A stretch of 64,000 nucleotides of DNA. It comes from an uncultured Actinomycetota bacterium. Lineage in GTDB: Bacteria > Actinomycetota > Acidimicrobiia > Acidimicrobiales > Palsa-688. Shown piece by piece: positions 27,010 through 37,039 of this stretch (position 1 is its first letter; the number at the start of each line of letters is the position of its first letter). The position numbers and the translations under genes are program-made. A model generated the notes under the pieces. The model did not search any database. It was not told the origin of the DNA and worked only from the letters and a program-made list of their open reading frames with translations. The stretch lies in contig CAWKNP010000012.1 of assembly GCA_963851105.1 (NCBI GenBank), positions 9,444-73,443 on the forward strand, in the 5' to 3' direction.

Positions 27010-28078
27010 CGAATCGATCGCCTTCGTACGTCAGGTGGCCGCCTTGCGCCTCGATCAAGCCCCGGGCGATCGCCAGCCCGAGCCCGCTGCCGCCTTTGCC
27101 GTCGAGGCTGACGAAACGTTCGAATATCCGGTCGCGCATGCCCTCCGGCACGCCCGGCCCATCGTCGATGACGGCGATCTCGACCAGGCCGGCACCGGCA
27201 TCGACCTCGATCGTGACCTCCGCCCGGGCGTGGCGGCGGGCGTTGTCGAGCAGATTGGCGAGGGCGTTCTTGGTCGCTTCCCCCGAGAGCAGGACCTGGC
27301 CGGGCCGATTGCCCCGCACCACCAGGTTGGTGGCCACCCCGTGGTTGCCCGGATGGGGGCGATCGAGTTCCGCCTGGCACAACTCGACCACATCGAGCGC
27401 CTGGGGCGCCGGTACCTCGCCCTGGTCGACGCGGGCCATTTGCAGCAACGAGGTCAGGAGTTTTCCCGCCCGCTCCGCCTCCCGTGACAGGTTGGCCAGC
27501 AGACGCTCCTGCTGGCTGGTGGCGCCGCCGACGAGCAACGCGTCGGTCGAGGCCCGGATTCCCGCCAAGGGCGTGCGCAACTGGTGGGCTGCGTAGGCGA
27601 GGAATTCCCGCCGCTGGCGCGCCGCGCCACTGGCGGAGACCGCGCTGTCGCGGGCGGCGGCGATGAGGGTGACATTGATCGCCAGGATCAATAGCAGCGC
27701 GACGCCGTTGGCCACCGAGATCACACCGCTGTCGCGGTCGTTCATGACCAATGCCACCGTCGAGGTGACGGCGCTCTCCAGCGCCAGCGCCATACCGGCC
27801 CGCCGGCCGGCCAGGGCCGTGCCGATGGCGGTCGGAACCAGGTAAAACAACGCAAGGGACAACACCGGCCCGGTGGCGTAGTCAGCCACACCGAGTCCCG
27901 CCACGGTAAGGGCCAGGACGGCGATGGTCAGGCGCGCGTTGTACCGGGTCGAGGTGAACTCGGCACCCCACCAGTCACCGGCGAGCAGGCGCTTGGCCTC
28001 CCGCCACGAGCGCCCATCAGGAACGAAGGACATAGCCGCGACTGCGAACGGTGTGGACCAGGCGAGGCCCATGGGCAT
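26981..28078 (-). CDS. sensor histidine kinase (HisKA + HATPase_c)
   Basis: 'EFLAYAAHQLRTPLAGI' H-box. 'VIDDGPGVPEGMRDRIFERF...GSGLGLAI' G-boxes. Two N-terminal transmembrane segments. Alternative start at M16 (28033). Confidence 0.85.
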   Translation of the reverse strand: MPMGLAWSTPFAVAAMSFVPDGRSWREAKRLLAGDWWGAEFTSTRYNARLTIAVLALTVAGLGVADYATGPVLSLALFYLVPTAIGTALAGRRAGMALALESAVTSTVALVMNDRDSGVISVANGVALLLILAINVTLIAAARDSAVSASGAARQRREFLAYAAHQLRTPLAGIRASTDALLVGGATSQQERLLANLSREAERAGKLLTSLLQMARVDQGEVPAPQALDVVELCQAELDRPHPGNHGVATNLVVRGNRPGQVLLSGEATKNALANLLDNARRHARAEVTIEVDAGAGLVEIAVIDDGPGVPEGMRDRIFERFVSLDGKGGSGLGLAIARGLIEAQGGHLTYEGDRFVIRLPHRHP

Positions 28079-28703
28079 CGAGCTTGCGGCGCAGCGCGCT
28101 GATGTGGACCTCCACCAGATTGGGGTCGTAGGAGTCGAAGCCCCAGATCTGCGAGAGGAGCTGGCCTTTGGAGAAAACCTGGTCGGGGGCGTGAGCGAGC
28201 ACCGACAGCAACTCGAACTCCGTTGGTGTCAGATCGAGGGTGGTTCCGGCTCGGATCGCTTCCTTTGCATTGTCGTCGACAAGGAGGTCACGTATCTCGA
28301 CGACCGGGGAGTTGCCCCGCCCGCTGCGGCGCAACACGGCCCGGACCCGCGCAAGGAGCTCGGCCATGGCGAAGGGCTTGACGATGTAGTCGTCACCGCC
28401 GGCATCGAACCCCGCCAAGCGATCGTCGAGGCCGTCGGCGGCGGTCAGGAACACCACCGGGATTCCCGCCAGGGCGATCACCTGGCGGGCCACCTCGAAG
28501 CCGTCGGGGCCCGCGGGCAGCTGGATGTCGACGATTGCTACGTCGGGTCGGAATTCGTCGATCACGGCGGCGATCTCCTCGCCCGTCGGCTGCGCCCGAA
28601 CGACAAAGCCGAATCCTTCGAAGGCGATGGCGACCGCTTCGCGTACCGACATGTCGTCTTCGATCAGCAGAACTCGGCTGCATGCGATTGCGGTGATGCT
28701 CAC
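28017..28703 (-). CDS. OmpR-family response regulator
   Basis: Receiver 'RVLLIEDDMSVREAV...VAIVDIQLPAGPDG' plus winged-helix 'LTPTEFELLSVL...VHISALRRKL...VRSRGYVL'. GTG start at 28703. Confidence 0.9.
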   Translation of the reverse strand: MSITAIACSRVLLIEDDMSVREAVAIAFEGFGFVVRAQPTGEEIAAVIDEFRPDVAIVDIQLPAGPDGFEVARQVIALAGIPVVFLTAADGLDDRLAGFDAGGDDYIVKPFAMAELLARVRAVLRRSGRGNSPVVEIRDLLVDDNAKEAIRAGTTLDLTPTEFELLSVLAHAPDQVFSKGQLLSQIWGFDSYDPNLVEVHISALRRKLDAHGPRLVHTVRSRGYVLRS

Positions 28704-28737
28704 GAGTTTGGTCCCCCTGCCGGGCTTGGAATCATGG

Positions 28738-29133
28738 TTATGGGGATTTTCCCACCTCGGCACGGCGGTTGGCGGCGGTGAGGCCGACGGCGAGTCCGAG
28801 CAGAGCGATATCGAGCGCTACCGCGGCACCGGTCAAGCTGATGAGGGCAGGTGGGGGATGGGCGAGGCGAGCGCATCCACACCCTCCGGGCAGGCGGGCG
28901 GTCCAATGCACGATCGCCGCGAAGGGCCCCGGCAGAACGGCGAGGATCGACCATGCCGGCGGCCACGGCGATTTCGGCCGCATGACAATGGACGCGCCCA
29001 GGCCGACTTGGACAACACCGAGTCCGCTGCCCGACCAGCCACTGACCGCGGCCAGCAGGAAGGCCGAGATGAGCAGCCCCGCGGCGAGCGCGATGCCGCC
29101 GCCGGCAAGGCGTTGTCCGTCGGCGGCGGGCAC
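28738..29133 (-). CDS. small membrane protein (hypothetical), upstream of the OmpR-type two-component system
   Basis: Four hydrophobic segments. Ends 35 bp before the response-regulator start. No homology recognised. Confidence 0.4.
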   Translation of the reverse strand: MPAADGQRLAGGGIALAAGLLISAFLLAAVSGWSGSGLGVVQVGLGASIVMRPKSPWPPAWSILAVLPGPFAAIVHWTARLPGGCGCARLAHPPPALISLTGAAVALDIALLGLAVGLTAANRRAEVGKSP

Positions 29134-29584
29134 GGCGGGACTCTAGCGCCGAAGGGCAGCAAAACGGTTGTGCCGGTGTCGTATGGAAACTGTCGCCTTG
29201 TCAGGAATGGCCGAAATACGGAGGGAACAGAATGTTTCCTATCGGTGAATAGTTGAGCGAGAGCACGATTGTTGCACGCGCACGCTGGCGCGCGCTGTGT
29301 TGACAGGCTTGAATGTCGCTGATTTCTTCGAGCGAGTTGCCGTCGCCCGAGAGCCAGCCCTTGTATCTAGGCAGCAGGTCGACCGTCGTTTGCGGGACCC
29401 GGTGCCCGTTCAACCTAGCGATCCGTCATGCCGATGACGACGGTGATCAGTCCAAGCCGTGCCCGCATGTCGGGTCCAACCGAAGGGCAAGATGGTTTCT
29501 GTCGACGGCCATACGTGGAAATCTCCCACCTGCCATTCGTCCAATGGAGGCGGAACGAGGCAACGCCGCGTTCGGTGCCTTGCC

Positions 29585-30955
29585 ATGTTCGCTTCCCTCG
29601 CATTGGCAGCCTCGGCGGCGCTGACGGCGTCGGTCATCGCGGCGCCCGCCGCCGGTGCCAGCCCGAGCGCGCCACCCCAGCTGTCGATAACTGCGTCGAC
29701 GGCGACGACCGTCGGATTTGAGATCTTCGCCAACGTCCACTTGAACGGCGCCAGCAATCCGACGGGCACCATGACATTCCGCCTCTTCGGCAGCAATGAC
29801 ACAAATTGTCTTTCACCGATATTCACTTCGACGGTCGCGGTCGGAGGAACGTCGATCAACTCCGACCATTTTTCGACGACCTTGGCGGACACGTATCAAT
29901 GGGAAGTCAGCTACAGCGGCGACGCCAACAACAGCCCATCAGGCCCGACGGCCTGTTCGGACCCCCGCGGCACGGTATCGGTGTCGCGGTACAGCTCGAG
30001 TCTCGGAGTCACCGCCACCGGAGCATCGATGGGCACCATCCGGGCAGTCGCAGGATTGGGTGGATTCAATCCAACAGGAACCGTCACATTCCTGCTCACC
30101 CCTCCCGGCGACACCTTCTGTTCTGGGACGCCGGTGTTCACCTCGACTATGGCGGTCAACGGCAACGGGGCGTACACATCGGCCCCGTACACGCCGTCCG
30201 CGAGCGGGTCCTACAAGTGGCGGGCCACCTACAGCGGTGACCTGAACAACACCCCCGGTCAGGTGACATCATGCCTCGATCCGAGTGCCGCGGTAACGGT
30301 GCCGCCGTTCGCCACTTTCACTTACCCGGCCAACGGCCAAAGCAACGTGGACGCATCGGCGTCCCTTACCTGGCAACTGGCCAGCGGGGCATCGCTCTTC
30401 TACCTGACAGTAGGGACATCCTGGGGAAGCTCCGACCTCGCCGGCGTCTATATCGACCCATCGCAAGCGTGGTATCCGCTGCGCGCGCTACCGACGGGAA
30501 CGGTCTACTCCACTCTCTATACCAAGGTCAACGGGGTCTGGTCGGGTGCCCAGACGATTACCTTCAGCGCCGGCGTCTCCACCCTGGCCAAACTGATGTC
30601 CCCGGTGAACGGCCAGACCAATGTAGATCCCGACGGCCTCTTCACCTGGGCCCGGGCCGTGAATGTCCGTGGCTACGAGCTGATGATCGGGACGTCACCA
30701 GGAGGCTCCGACGTGATCGACAGCGGATTCCTCCCTTGGTCACAGAACACGTTCAATCCGCCGCCGCTGCCTGGTGGTCGCACCCTCTACGCCATGCTCG
30801 GCACCATGCGCAACCGCATCTGGAACTGGCAGACCATCACCTTCACCACCAGCGGTGGCGCGGCCACCAACTCGTTGCCCTCGGCAACGCCGATCGAGGC
30901 GGCCCAGGGAGTGGTGGCGGCCCCCGCGGCCGGCCAAAGTGCTGCAGGACTATGA
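29585..30955 (+). CDS. secreted protein with two Ig-like repeats of the same family as the giant gene at 56.7 kb, plus additional beta-rich domains
   Basis: Signal peptide 'MFASLALAASAALTASVIAAPAAGA'. Repeats 'TGT.TF.L.....C......FTS...V.G.......T.....Y.W...YSGD.NN'. Confidence 0.7.
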   Translation: MFASLALAASAALTASVIAAPAAGASPSAPPQLSITASTATTVGFEIFANVHLNGASNPTGTMTFRLFGSNDTNCLSPIFTSTVAVGGTSINSDHFSTTLADTYQWEVSYSGDANNSPSGPTACSDPRGTVSVSRYSSSLGVTATGASMGTIRAVAGLGGFNPTGTVTFLLTPPGDTFCSGTPVFTSTMAVNGNGAYTSAPYTPSASGSYKWRATYSGDLNNTPGQVTSCLDPSAAVTVPPFATFTYPANGQSNVDASASLTWQLASGASLFYLTVGTSWGSSDLAGVYIDPSQAWYPLRALPTGTVYSTLYTKVNGVWSGAQTITFSAGVSTLAKLMSPVNGQTNVDPDGLFTWARAVNVRGYELMIGTSPGGSDVIDSGFLPWSQNTFNPPPLPGGRTLYAMLGTMRNRIWNWQTITFTTSGGAATNSLPSATPIEAAQGVVAAPAAGQSAAGL

Positions 30956-30996
30956 CACCCGAGGGTGGGAGTAGATTCAGGCCGTCAGCCGGTTGC

Positions 30997-31072
30997 GGGG
31001 ACGTAGCTCAGTGGCTAGAGCACCTGCCTTGCACGCAGGGGGTCGTGGGTTCGAGTCCCATCGTCTCCACCC
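30997..31072 (+). tRNA. tRNA-Ala (anticodon TGC)
   Basis: GGGGACG acceptor, GCTCAGTGG D-loop, CCTGC-CTTGCAC-GCAGG anticodon arm, GGTTCGAGTCC T-loop, CGTCTCC-A 3' end. Confidence 0.9.
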
Positions 31073-31176
31073 CGCATCACCTGGTATCGGCGGAGATGGC
31101 CGGCGTCAGTCCAGTCGGTTCGAGTGCCGGGTCCTCTAAGCTCGGGCGCAGAGCCGTAGGCGTAAGGAGGAGATCC

Positions 31177-31350
31177 ATGGAGTTCGGAGACCTGGCGAAC
31201 AAGGCGAAGGATCTTGCCGCCGACAACGCGGACAAGATTTCCGACGCGATCGACAAGGTTGGCGACATCGTCGGCGAGAAGCTCGGATACGAAGACAAGG
31301 TCGACTTGGTGGGCAAGAAGCTCAAAGGTCTCATCCCGAACAAGGACTGA
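31177..31350 (+). CDS. small (57 aa) Lys/Asp-rich helical protein; resembles the MT0933/Rv0909-like small-protein family
   Basis: Perfect AGGAGG 7 nt before the ATG. 'MEFGDLANKAKDLAADNADKISDAIDKVGDIVGEKLGYEDKVDLVGKKLKGLIPNKD'. Family assignment is from memory. Confidence 0.55.
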   Translation: MEFGDLANKAKDLAADNADKISDAIDKVGDIVGEKLGYEDKVDLVGKKLKGLIPNKD

Positions 31351-31390
31351 CAGTCGAGTTGGTCCACGGTTTGAGCAGCTGTTGCCCTCG

Positions 31391-32611
31391 TTATGCGATT
31401 TGGGCGGGCGAGGCGGGGGTGGAGGCGGCCGGCGTTGCGGGTGCCGTGCCGTTGGTCGTGATGGCCAGACCCGTGGTCGCCTTCTTCAACGTGTCGAGGA
31501 TGGACAGGCCCTGGCCGACCATCCCCGTGAGGACCTCATTGACGCCTTCGGTGCCGTTGAGGACGGTGAGGTTGGCACCGGCGAGCCCCCGCGCTGCGGC
31601 CGCGACGAGCGCAGGCAGCGAATCAATGATGCGGATGGCGGCGAGGAGCTCCTGGTTACCCTCGCGAAGCGAGTCGGCCCGGGCCTTGTTGGCGTCGGCC
31701 TCGGCCTCCGCGGTGATGCGCTCGGCGTAGGCGGAGCCGTCGGCGGCGAACTTGGCCTGGTCGCGTTGCGCCTCGGCCAGGGTGCGTTGGCGGTAGGCCT
31801 CGGCGTCGGCGGGGCGGCGAACCTCGGCTTCGAGGCGCTGGGCGGCGAGTTCCGCTTGGCGCTGTGCCAATCTGGTCTGCTCCTCGATGACGTTCTGGGA
31901 CGCCTTGGCCGCCGCCAGCGGCCCGGCTTGCGCCGCCTGGGCCTTGGCCTGCTCGGTTTCGGCCATGAAGCCCGCCGTCTTGATGGCGACGTCGCGCTCG
32001 TACTCGGCCTTGAGGGCGATCGCTTCCTGCTCCCGCTGATTCGCTTCCTGATCGGCCTTGGCCTGGGCAATTCGGGCCTGGCTGGCGACGGCGGCGGCGT
32101 GGGGGGCGGCAAGGTTGTTGATGTAGTTGGTGGCGTCCTCGATCTCCTGGATCTGCAGGGCATCGACGACCAGGCCGAGCTTCTCCATCTCGCCGTGGCT
32201 GCCGTCCTTGATCTCCTGGCCGACCCGGTCGCGCTCGCGGATGATTTCCTCGACCGTGAGGGCGCCGATGATCGAGCGGAGGTGGCCGGCGAACACCCGT
32301 CCGACCAGCTCTTCCACCCGGTTCTGCTCGGTCAGGAAACGCCGGGCGGCATTGGCGATCGACACCGGATCGTCGCCAACCTTGAAGACCGCCACCGCAC
32401 GGACGTTCAGCCGGATGCCCTGGATCGTGATGCACTCCTCGATGATCTCCGCCTCCCGGAGGGCAAGGGAGAGGATGCGGGCCTTTTGCTTGACGGGCAG
32501 GACGAAGGTGCCGTGGCCAGTGACGATCCGGAACTGGGTGTCCTGGGATTGGCGTTTCGACCCTGAGATCAGCAGGGCTTCATTTGGTGCCGGTACGTGC
32601 CAGAAAAACAT
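31391..32611 (-). CDS. flotillin-like SPFH/band-7 protein
   Basis: SPFH core followed by a long Ala/Glu/Gln-rich coiled coil 'AQAKADQEANQREQEAIALKAEYERD...'. Confidence 0.85.
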   Translation of the reverse strand: MFFWHVPAPNEALLISGSKRQSQDTQFRIVTGHGTFVLPVKQKARILSLALREAEIIEECITIQGIRLNVRAVAVFKVGDDPVSIANAARRFLTEQNRVEELVGRVFAGHLRSIIGALTVEEIIRERDRVGQEIKDGSHGEMEKLGLVVDALQIQEIEDATNYINNLAAPHAAAVASQARIAQAKADQEANQREQEAIALKAEYERDVAIKTAGFMAETEQAKAQAAQAGPLAAAKASQNVIEEQTRLAQRQAELAAQRLEAEVRRPADAEAYRQRTLAEAQRDQAKFAADGSAYAERITAEAEADANKARADSLREGNQELLAAIRIIDSLPALVAAAARGLAGANLTVLNGTEGVNEVLTGMVGQGLSILDTLKKATTGLAITTNGTAPATPAASTPASPAQIA

Positions 32612-32642
32612 TGCGACCCCCTTGGGTCTGGGCCCGGGCGGG

Positions 32643-33035
32643 CTAGGGAAAGGGTGTGACGATCACCGAGCGTGCCGAGGTGACCTCGACGACGAGGACC
32701 TTGGCGTGCTTGTCGATGGGCTCGTCGGACCAAGCCGCGAACGCTTCGGTGCCGCCACGAACCGACAACAACACCTCACCCGGTCCGTTGACCGGGATTG
32801 GAATCGTCACCCGCCCGATGACCCCGACCACGCTCCCGGCATCAGCCGACACGTCCGACCACCTTGCTCGCCCGAAAGCGTTTCGCACTCCCTGTGATTT
32901 CCACTGTACCGACTGGCCGTCGCTGGCGGTCCCGGCCGATTCGCACCGCCGATCCAAAAGGACATTCAGGCGATCACCACTATCTGTACGGAATAGGAAC
33001 CCGCTTTGCCGGTGCACAGCATGGCCTCGCCACAT
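32643..33035 (-). CDS. NfeD-like OB-fold protein (flotillin partner)
   Basis: C-terminal 'GSVVGVIGRVTIPIPVNGPGEVLLSVRGGTEAFAAWSDEPIDKHAKVLVVEV' resembles the NfeD beta-barrel. Immediately upstream of the flotillin gene. N-terminus and start uncertain. Confidence 0.45.
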   Translation of the reverse strand: MWRGHAVHRQSGFLFRTDSGDRLNVLLDRRCESAGTASDGQSVQWKSQGVRNAFGRARWSDVSADAGSVVGVIGRVTIPIPVNGPGEVLLSVRGGTEAFAAWSDEPIDKHAKVLVVEVTSARSVIVTPFP

Positions 33036-33532
33036 GTGGTGCGGGACGCGCTGATCTGGGCGCTGCCGATCCCGACCGCGATCGAGGTCACCGAGGAAGT
33101 ACCGCAGCCGCCACCCGGTATGCAGGTACCCGGGGGTGCGGCCGTGACGACGACGTCACCTTGTTGTTGCACGACGGCGGGGTTGGGCGGGTTCGGGAAC
33201 TTCCAGTACGTACTGTTGAGCACTACGACAATCGTGGTGCCCTTGGTCACCGACACCGTCGTGCCGTCGTCGCGATCCGTCAGTTGGATCGTTCCCGACC
33301 GGGGCGCGGGGCGAGTGGTCGCTGTCGTCGTCGCCGTGTGCCTGCCGACAGTCGTAGGGGTGGTCGCCCCACTCGACGAGGTATCCGGTGAGAGGGTCGT
33401 GCTGGTGGTAGTGACCATCGTGGAGGTGGTCGCCAGCGTCTTGGTGGCGGTGCCGGCACCGCAGCCGGCCGACGCCACGACAACCAACCCGGTCACCAGA
33501 GCCGCAATCGGCCGTCGTCTGATCACAGTCAT
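32966..33532 (-). CDS. lipoprotein with Thr-rich linker (hypothetical)
   Basis: 'LVTGLVVVASAGCGAG' lipobox-like sequence. Start chosen at M17 of the track ORF. Overlaps the NfeD-like ORF, so one of the two starts is wrong. Confidence 0.45.
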   Translation of the reverse strand: MTVIRRRPIAALVTGLVVVASAGCGAGTATKTLATTSTMVTTTSTTLSPDTSSSGATTPTTVGRHTATTTATTRPAPRSGTIQLTDRDDGTTVSVTKGTTIVVVLNSTYWKFPNPPNPAVVQQQGDVVVTAAPPGTCIPGGGCGTSSVTSIAVGIGSAQISASRTTCGEAMLCTGKAGSYSVQIVVIA

Positions 33533-33769
33533 GGCAAGAGTAGCAACGGCCGCCGGGAGCGGGTGCCGCCACTTGAGCATGCCCAGCCGCGTCGATGACC
33601 AGCAACTAACCTCTGAGATGGCGGTTTCCGGTTCGTGGTGATTCGGTTCCGCCTGCTTTCACATGGGGATCGTTCATCAGTTTCTGCCAGGAAGAGCAAC
33701 CCTGCGGGCACCTGGGGGGTCTGAACGGATGGTTCACCACGGCGCTTCCCCAACCACCACGTCCATCTG

Positions 33770-36700
33770 ATGCTCTTCCCGACACTTTCCTTCGCCGCCT
33801 TTTTTGCTGTCGTGTTGCCCGTCAGCTGGATACTGATGCCGCACCGCGTCCGCTGGCGGCTGTTCATGGTGGCGGTCAGCTGGATCTTCTACGGCGCGGC
33901 CGACTGGCGGTTCGTGCCCCTCCTGGCGGGCTCGACCATCGTCAATCACTTCTTCGCCTGGCGCATCTACCATGCCGCCGGCAAGGCCCGGCGGGCCTGG
34001 ACGATCGGTGCTGTCACGACGAATCTGGCCGTGTTGGCGTGGTTCAAGTACATCGGTTTCCTGTCCCTGTCGTCCCAGAGCCTCCTGCACGACGTAGGGA
34101 TCCACGCCCATGTGCCCCTCCCCGAGGTGCTCTTGCCCATTGGGATCTCCTTTTTCACCTTCCAGGCACTGAGCTACGTGATCGACACGTCGCGGGGGAA
34201 GATCCAGCCGGTTTCGTTGCTCGAGTTCGCGGTCTACCTGTCGTTCTTCCCCCACCTCGTGGCGGGCCCCATCGTGCGGGCGACGGAGTTCCTGCCCCAG
34301 ATCAAGGAGCGGATCCGGCCCCGCCACGTGGACGTCGGCAAGGCGTTCTGGTTGATCTCGCTCGGTCTGTTCAAGAAGGTGGTCATCGCCAGCTACCTGG
34401 CCACCTACGCCGCCGACCCCGTGTTCGGCTTCCCCCGCCAGCACGCCGGCGTCGAGGCCCTCTTCGGCGTCTACGCCTACGCCATCCAGATCTATGCCGA
34501 CTTCAGCGGGTACACCGACATCGCCATCGGCCTCGCCCTGCTCCTCGGCATCAAATTCCCACAGAACTTCAACTCTCCTTATGCCGCCGCCAGCCTTCAG
34601 GACTTCTGGCGGCGGTGGCACATGACGCTGTCACGGTGGCTGCGGGACTACCTGTACATCCCCCTCGGCGGCAGCCGGCGAGGCCGGGTCCGGACCTACG
34701 TCAACGTCATGATCACCATGCTCCTCGGTGGGCTCTGGCACGGCGCCGCCTGGACATTCGTAGCGTGGGGGGCCCTCCACGGCGCCGGTTTGGTCGTCGA
34801 ACGGGCACGCCACGAATGGCGGTCGGCACCGGTCGGAGCAGAGCCCGACCATCGCAGAAGTCAGTCGTCCGCAGTCGGCGCGGACGCTGCTCCCACCCCG
34901 GAGGAATTCCTGGTCACAGCGTCGGTGGCGGCATCGGCGCGCGGGAGGAGTCCCGCCGTCGCCTCGGCTCGGGCGACCACGCCCAGGCCCTCGCCGGCGG
35001 CCTCACCGGGAGCGGCACCCCGGGCGCCCGTACCTCCTCCGGTGCCCTCGCCGGCGCCCTCACCTCTCCCGATGCCAGTGCCCTCGTCGGCGCCCGTACC
35101 TCCGCCGATGCCCTCGCCGGCGCCGTCGCCGGCGGCCTCCCCGGGAGCGGCGCCCCGGGCGCCCGTACCGCCCGCGGTGCCCTCGTCGGCGCCCTCACCG
35201 GGAGCGGCGCCCCGGGCGCCCGTACCTCCCCCGGTGCCCTCGTCGGCGCCGGTACCGGGAATGGTGCCCCGGGCGCCGGTACCTCCTCCGGTGCCCTCGT
35301 CGGCGCCCGTACCTCCGCCGATGCCGTCGTCACCTTCGTCGGCGCCGGTTCCCCGTCGGCGCCGGCGCCGGCGCCGGCAGACGAAGGTCCCGTTGTCCGC
35401 CGGCCGAAGGTTGCGACCCTTGCCCGCGACGAGGTCCTTACGGCCCGCCTGGCGGCTGCGACGCCGACAACTCCGGCCAATGGCGCTGTTTCGGATCCCG
35501 CCCCTGCCAATGGTGCGGCGACGGACCCCGGACCCTCCAACCTTGCGGCCAGGAACGAGGGAGCCATCGGCGCGGCCGGTAGCGCTCCCGCCGCTGGTCT
35601 CGCGCCCGATCCTGCCCCAGTCCGTGCTCTCGCATCCGCACCCGCACTCCCGAGTGCTCCTACCACGAGTGCTCCCCCCCGGGATTCCGCCGCCGCCGCC
35701 ACATCCTCGGCCACGGGCCGCCCGCCAGTCGTCCCACCCGCTGGGGTCACCGGCCGACCGGCACCGGGCACGGGCTTCCGCCGCCCCGAGGGCGCCGCGG
35801 CGCCGGCATCTGCCAGTGCGGGCCCTCCGCCCGCAGCCGCCGGTCCGGCCGCCGGCCGCCCCCGCCCCTGGCTGCCGCTGTTGTCACCCTCACGTGGTGC
35901 CGGGTCACCGCCCGCCCCGCCGGCCGCCGACTCTCTGCCCGACATCGCCCTGCCCGCGGCCGCTGCGCCCGCCCCGCCCGCGTCCGCTGCGCCCGCCCCG
36001 CCCGCGGCCGCTGCGCCGGCCCCGCTCCGTGGCCTCGCCCGCCTTCGCCTCCCGCTGTCCTTGCCTCGTCGTGGAGCCGGCACCCCGCCACCGGGCCACC
36101 CGACCGCCGAAGCCGGCCGACCTGACATTGCCCCGCCTTCCCTCCACGCCGCCCCTCCTGACAACGCCCCGCCTGGCATCGGGCAAGCCGCCCCGCCTGA
36201 AGGCGCCCCGCCTTCCGCCGCCCACGCCGCCCCGCCTGACAACGCCCCGCCTGGCATCGGGCAAGCCGCCCCGCCTGAAGGCGCCCCGCCTTCCGCCGCC
36301 CACGCCGCCCCGCCTGACAACGCCCCGCCTGGCATCGGGCAAGCCGCCCCGCCTGAAGGCGTCCCGCCTTCCGCCGCCGAAGCCCGCCCCCGTGAAGGCG
36401 CCTCGCCTTCCGCCGCCGAAGCCGGCCCGCCTGCGGCCGGCCGATCCCGCCTCCGGCTGCCGGTGCTGACGCCTGGTGGTGGTCTCGACTCTCCTACTGG
36501 CGGTTATGACGCCACTGCGGCCGGCCGCCGGCCCCGCCTTCGGATGCCGGTGTTGTCGCCTGGCCGTGGTGCCGACTCTCCGTCCGCCCGTGATGACGCC
36601 GGCTGGCCCCGTCTCCGCCTACCCGTGTGGTCGTCCGGTCGCGGATCCGGGGCCCCACCGCGGCCGGCTCGCCGGCGGCGGCCGCCGTTGTCGCCCACGG

Positions 36701-37032
36701 CGCAGTTGTGGGTCGGCCGGCTGATCACCTTCCACGTGGTGTGCCTGGCGTGGATATTTTTCCGGGCCACGTCGTTCCACAACGCCATCGAGGTGCTGCG
36801 GCGCATCGCCACCCTCGGCGGCCACCACCAGCCCTTCAACTGGAAAGTCGCGGCCGTCGTCGTGGGAGCACTCGCCATCCAGCTCGGCCCCCGGGGCGTC
36901 GGCGCCCGCCTTCAGATCATCTTCGCCCGGAGCCCGTTGTGGTGCCAGGTGGTCGCGGTGGCCGCGGTGTTGACGGCCATTGACCTGCTCGGCCCGGCCG
37001 GGATCGCCCCGTTCATCTACTTCCGCTTCTGA
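33770..37032 (+). CDS. MBOAT-family O-acyltransferase (AlgI/PatA/DltB-like) interrupted by a ~1.9-kb Pro/Ala-rich low-complexity insertion; frame changes between the N-terminal core and the C-terminal helices
   Basis: N-terminal core (frame of 33770) through 'WHGAAWTFVAWGALHGAGLVVER' (~34810), including the conserved His region. C-terminal 'LWVGRLITFHVVCLAWIFFRATSF...FIYFRF' lies in the frame of ORF 34039..37032. Both frames are open across 34039-36469. Confidence 0.6.
36148..36381. repeat. 78-bp tandem repeat x3 inside the MBOAT insertion (26-aa unit HAAPPDNAPPGIGQAAPPEGAPPSAA in one frame, TTPRLASGKPPRLKAPRLPPPTPPRL in the other)
   Basis: Direct sequence reading. The units are near-identical. 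Confidence 0.85.
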
Positions 37033-37039
37033 TGCCCCG

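Noticed and set aside
34914-36335. 473-aa minus-strand ORF and other ORFs inside the MBOAT insertion
   Set aside because: Antisense to the MBOAT reading frames and composed only of G/A/P low complexity.
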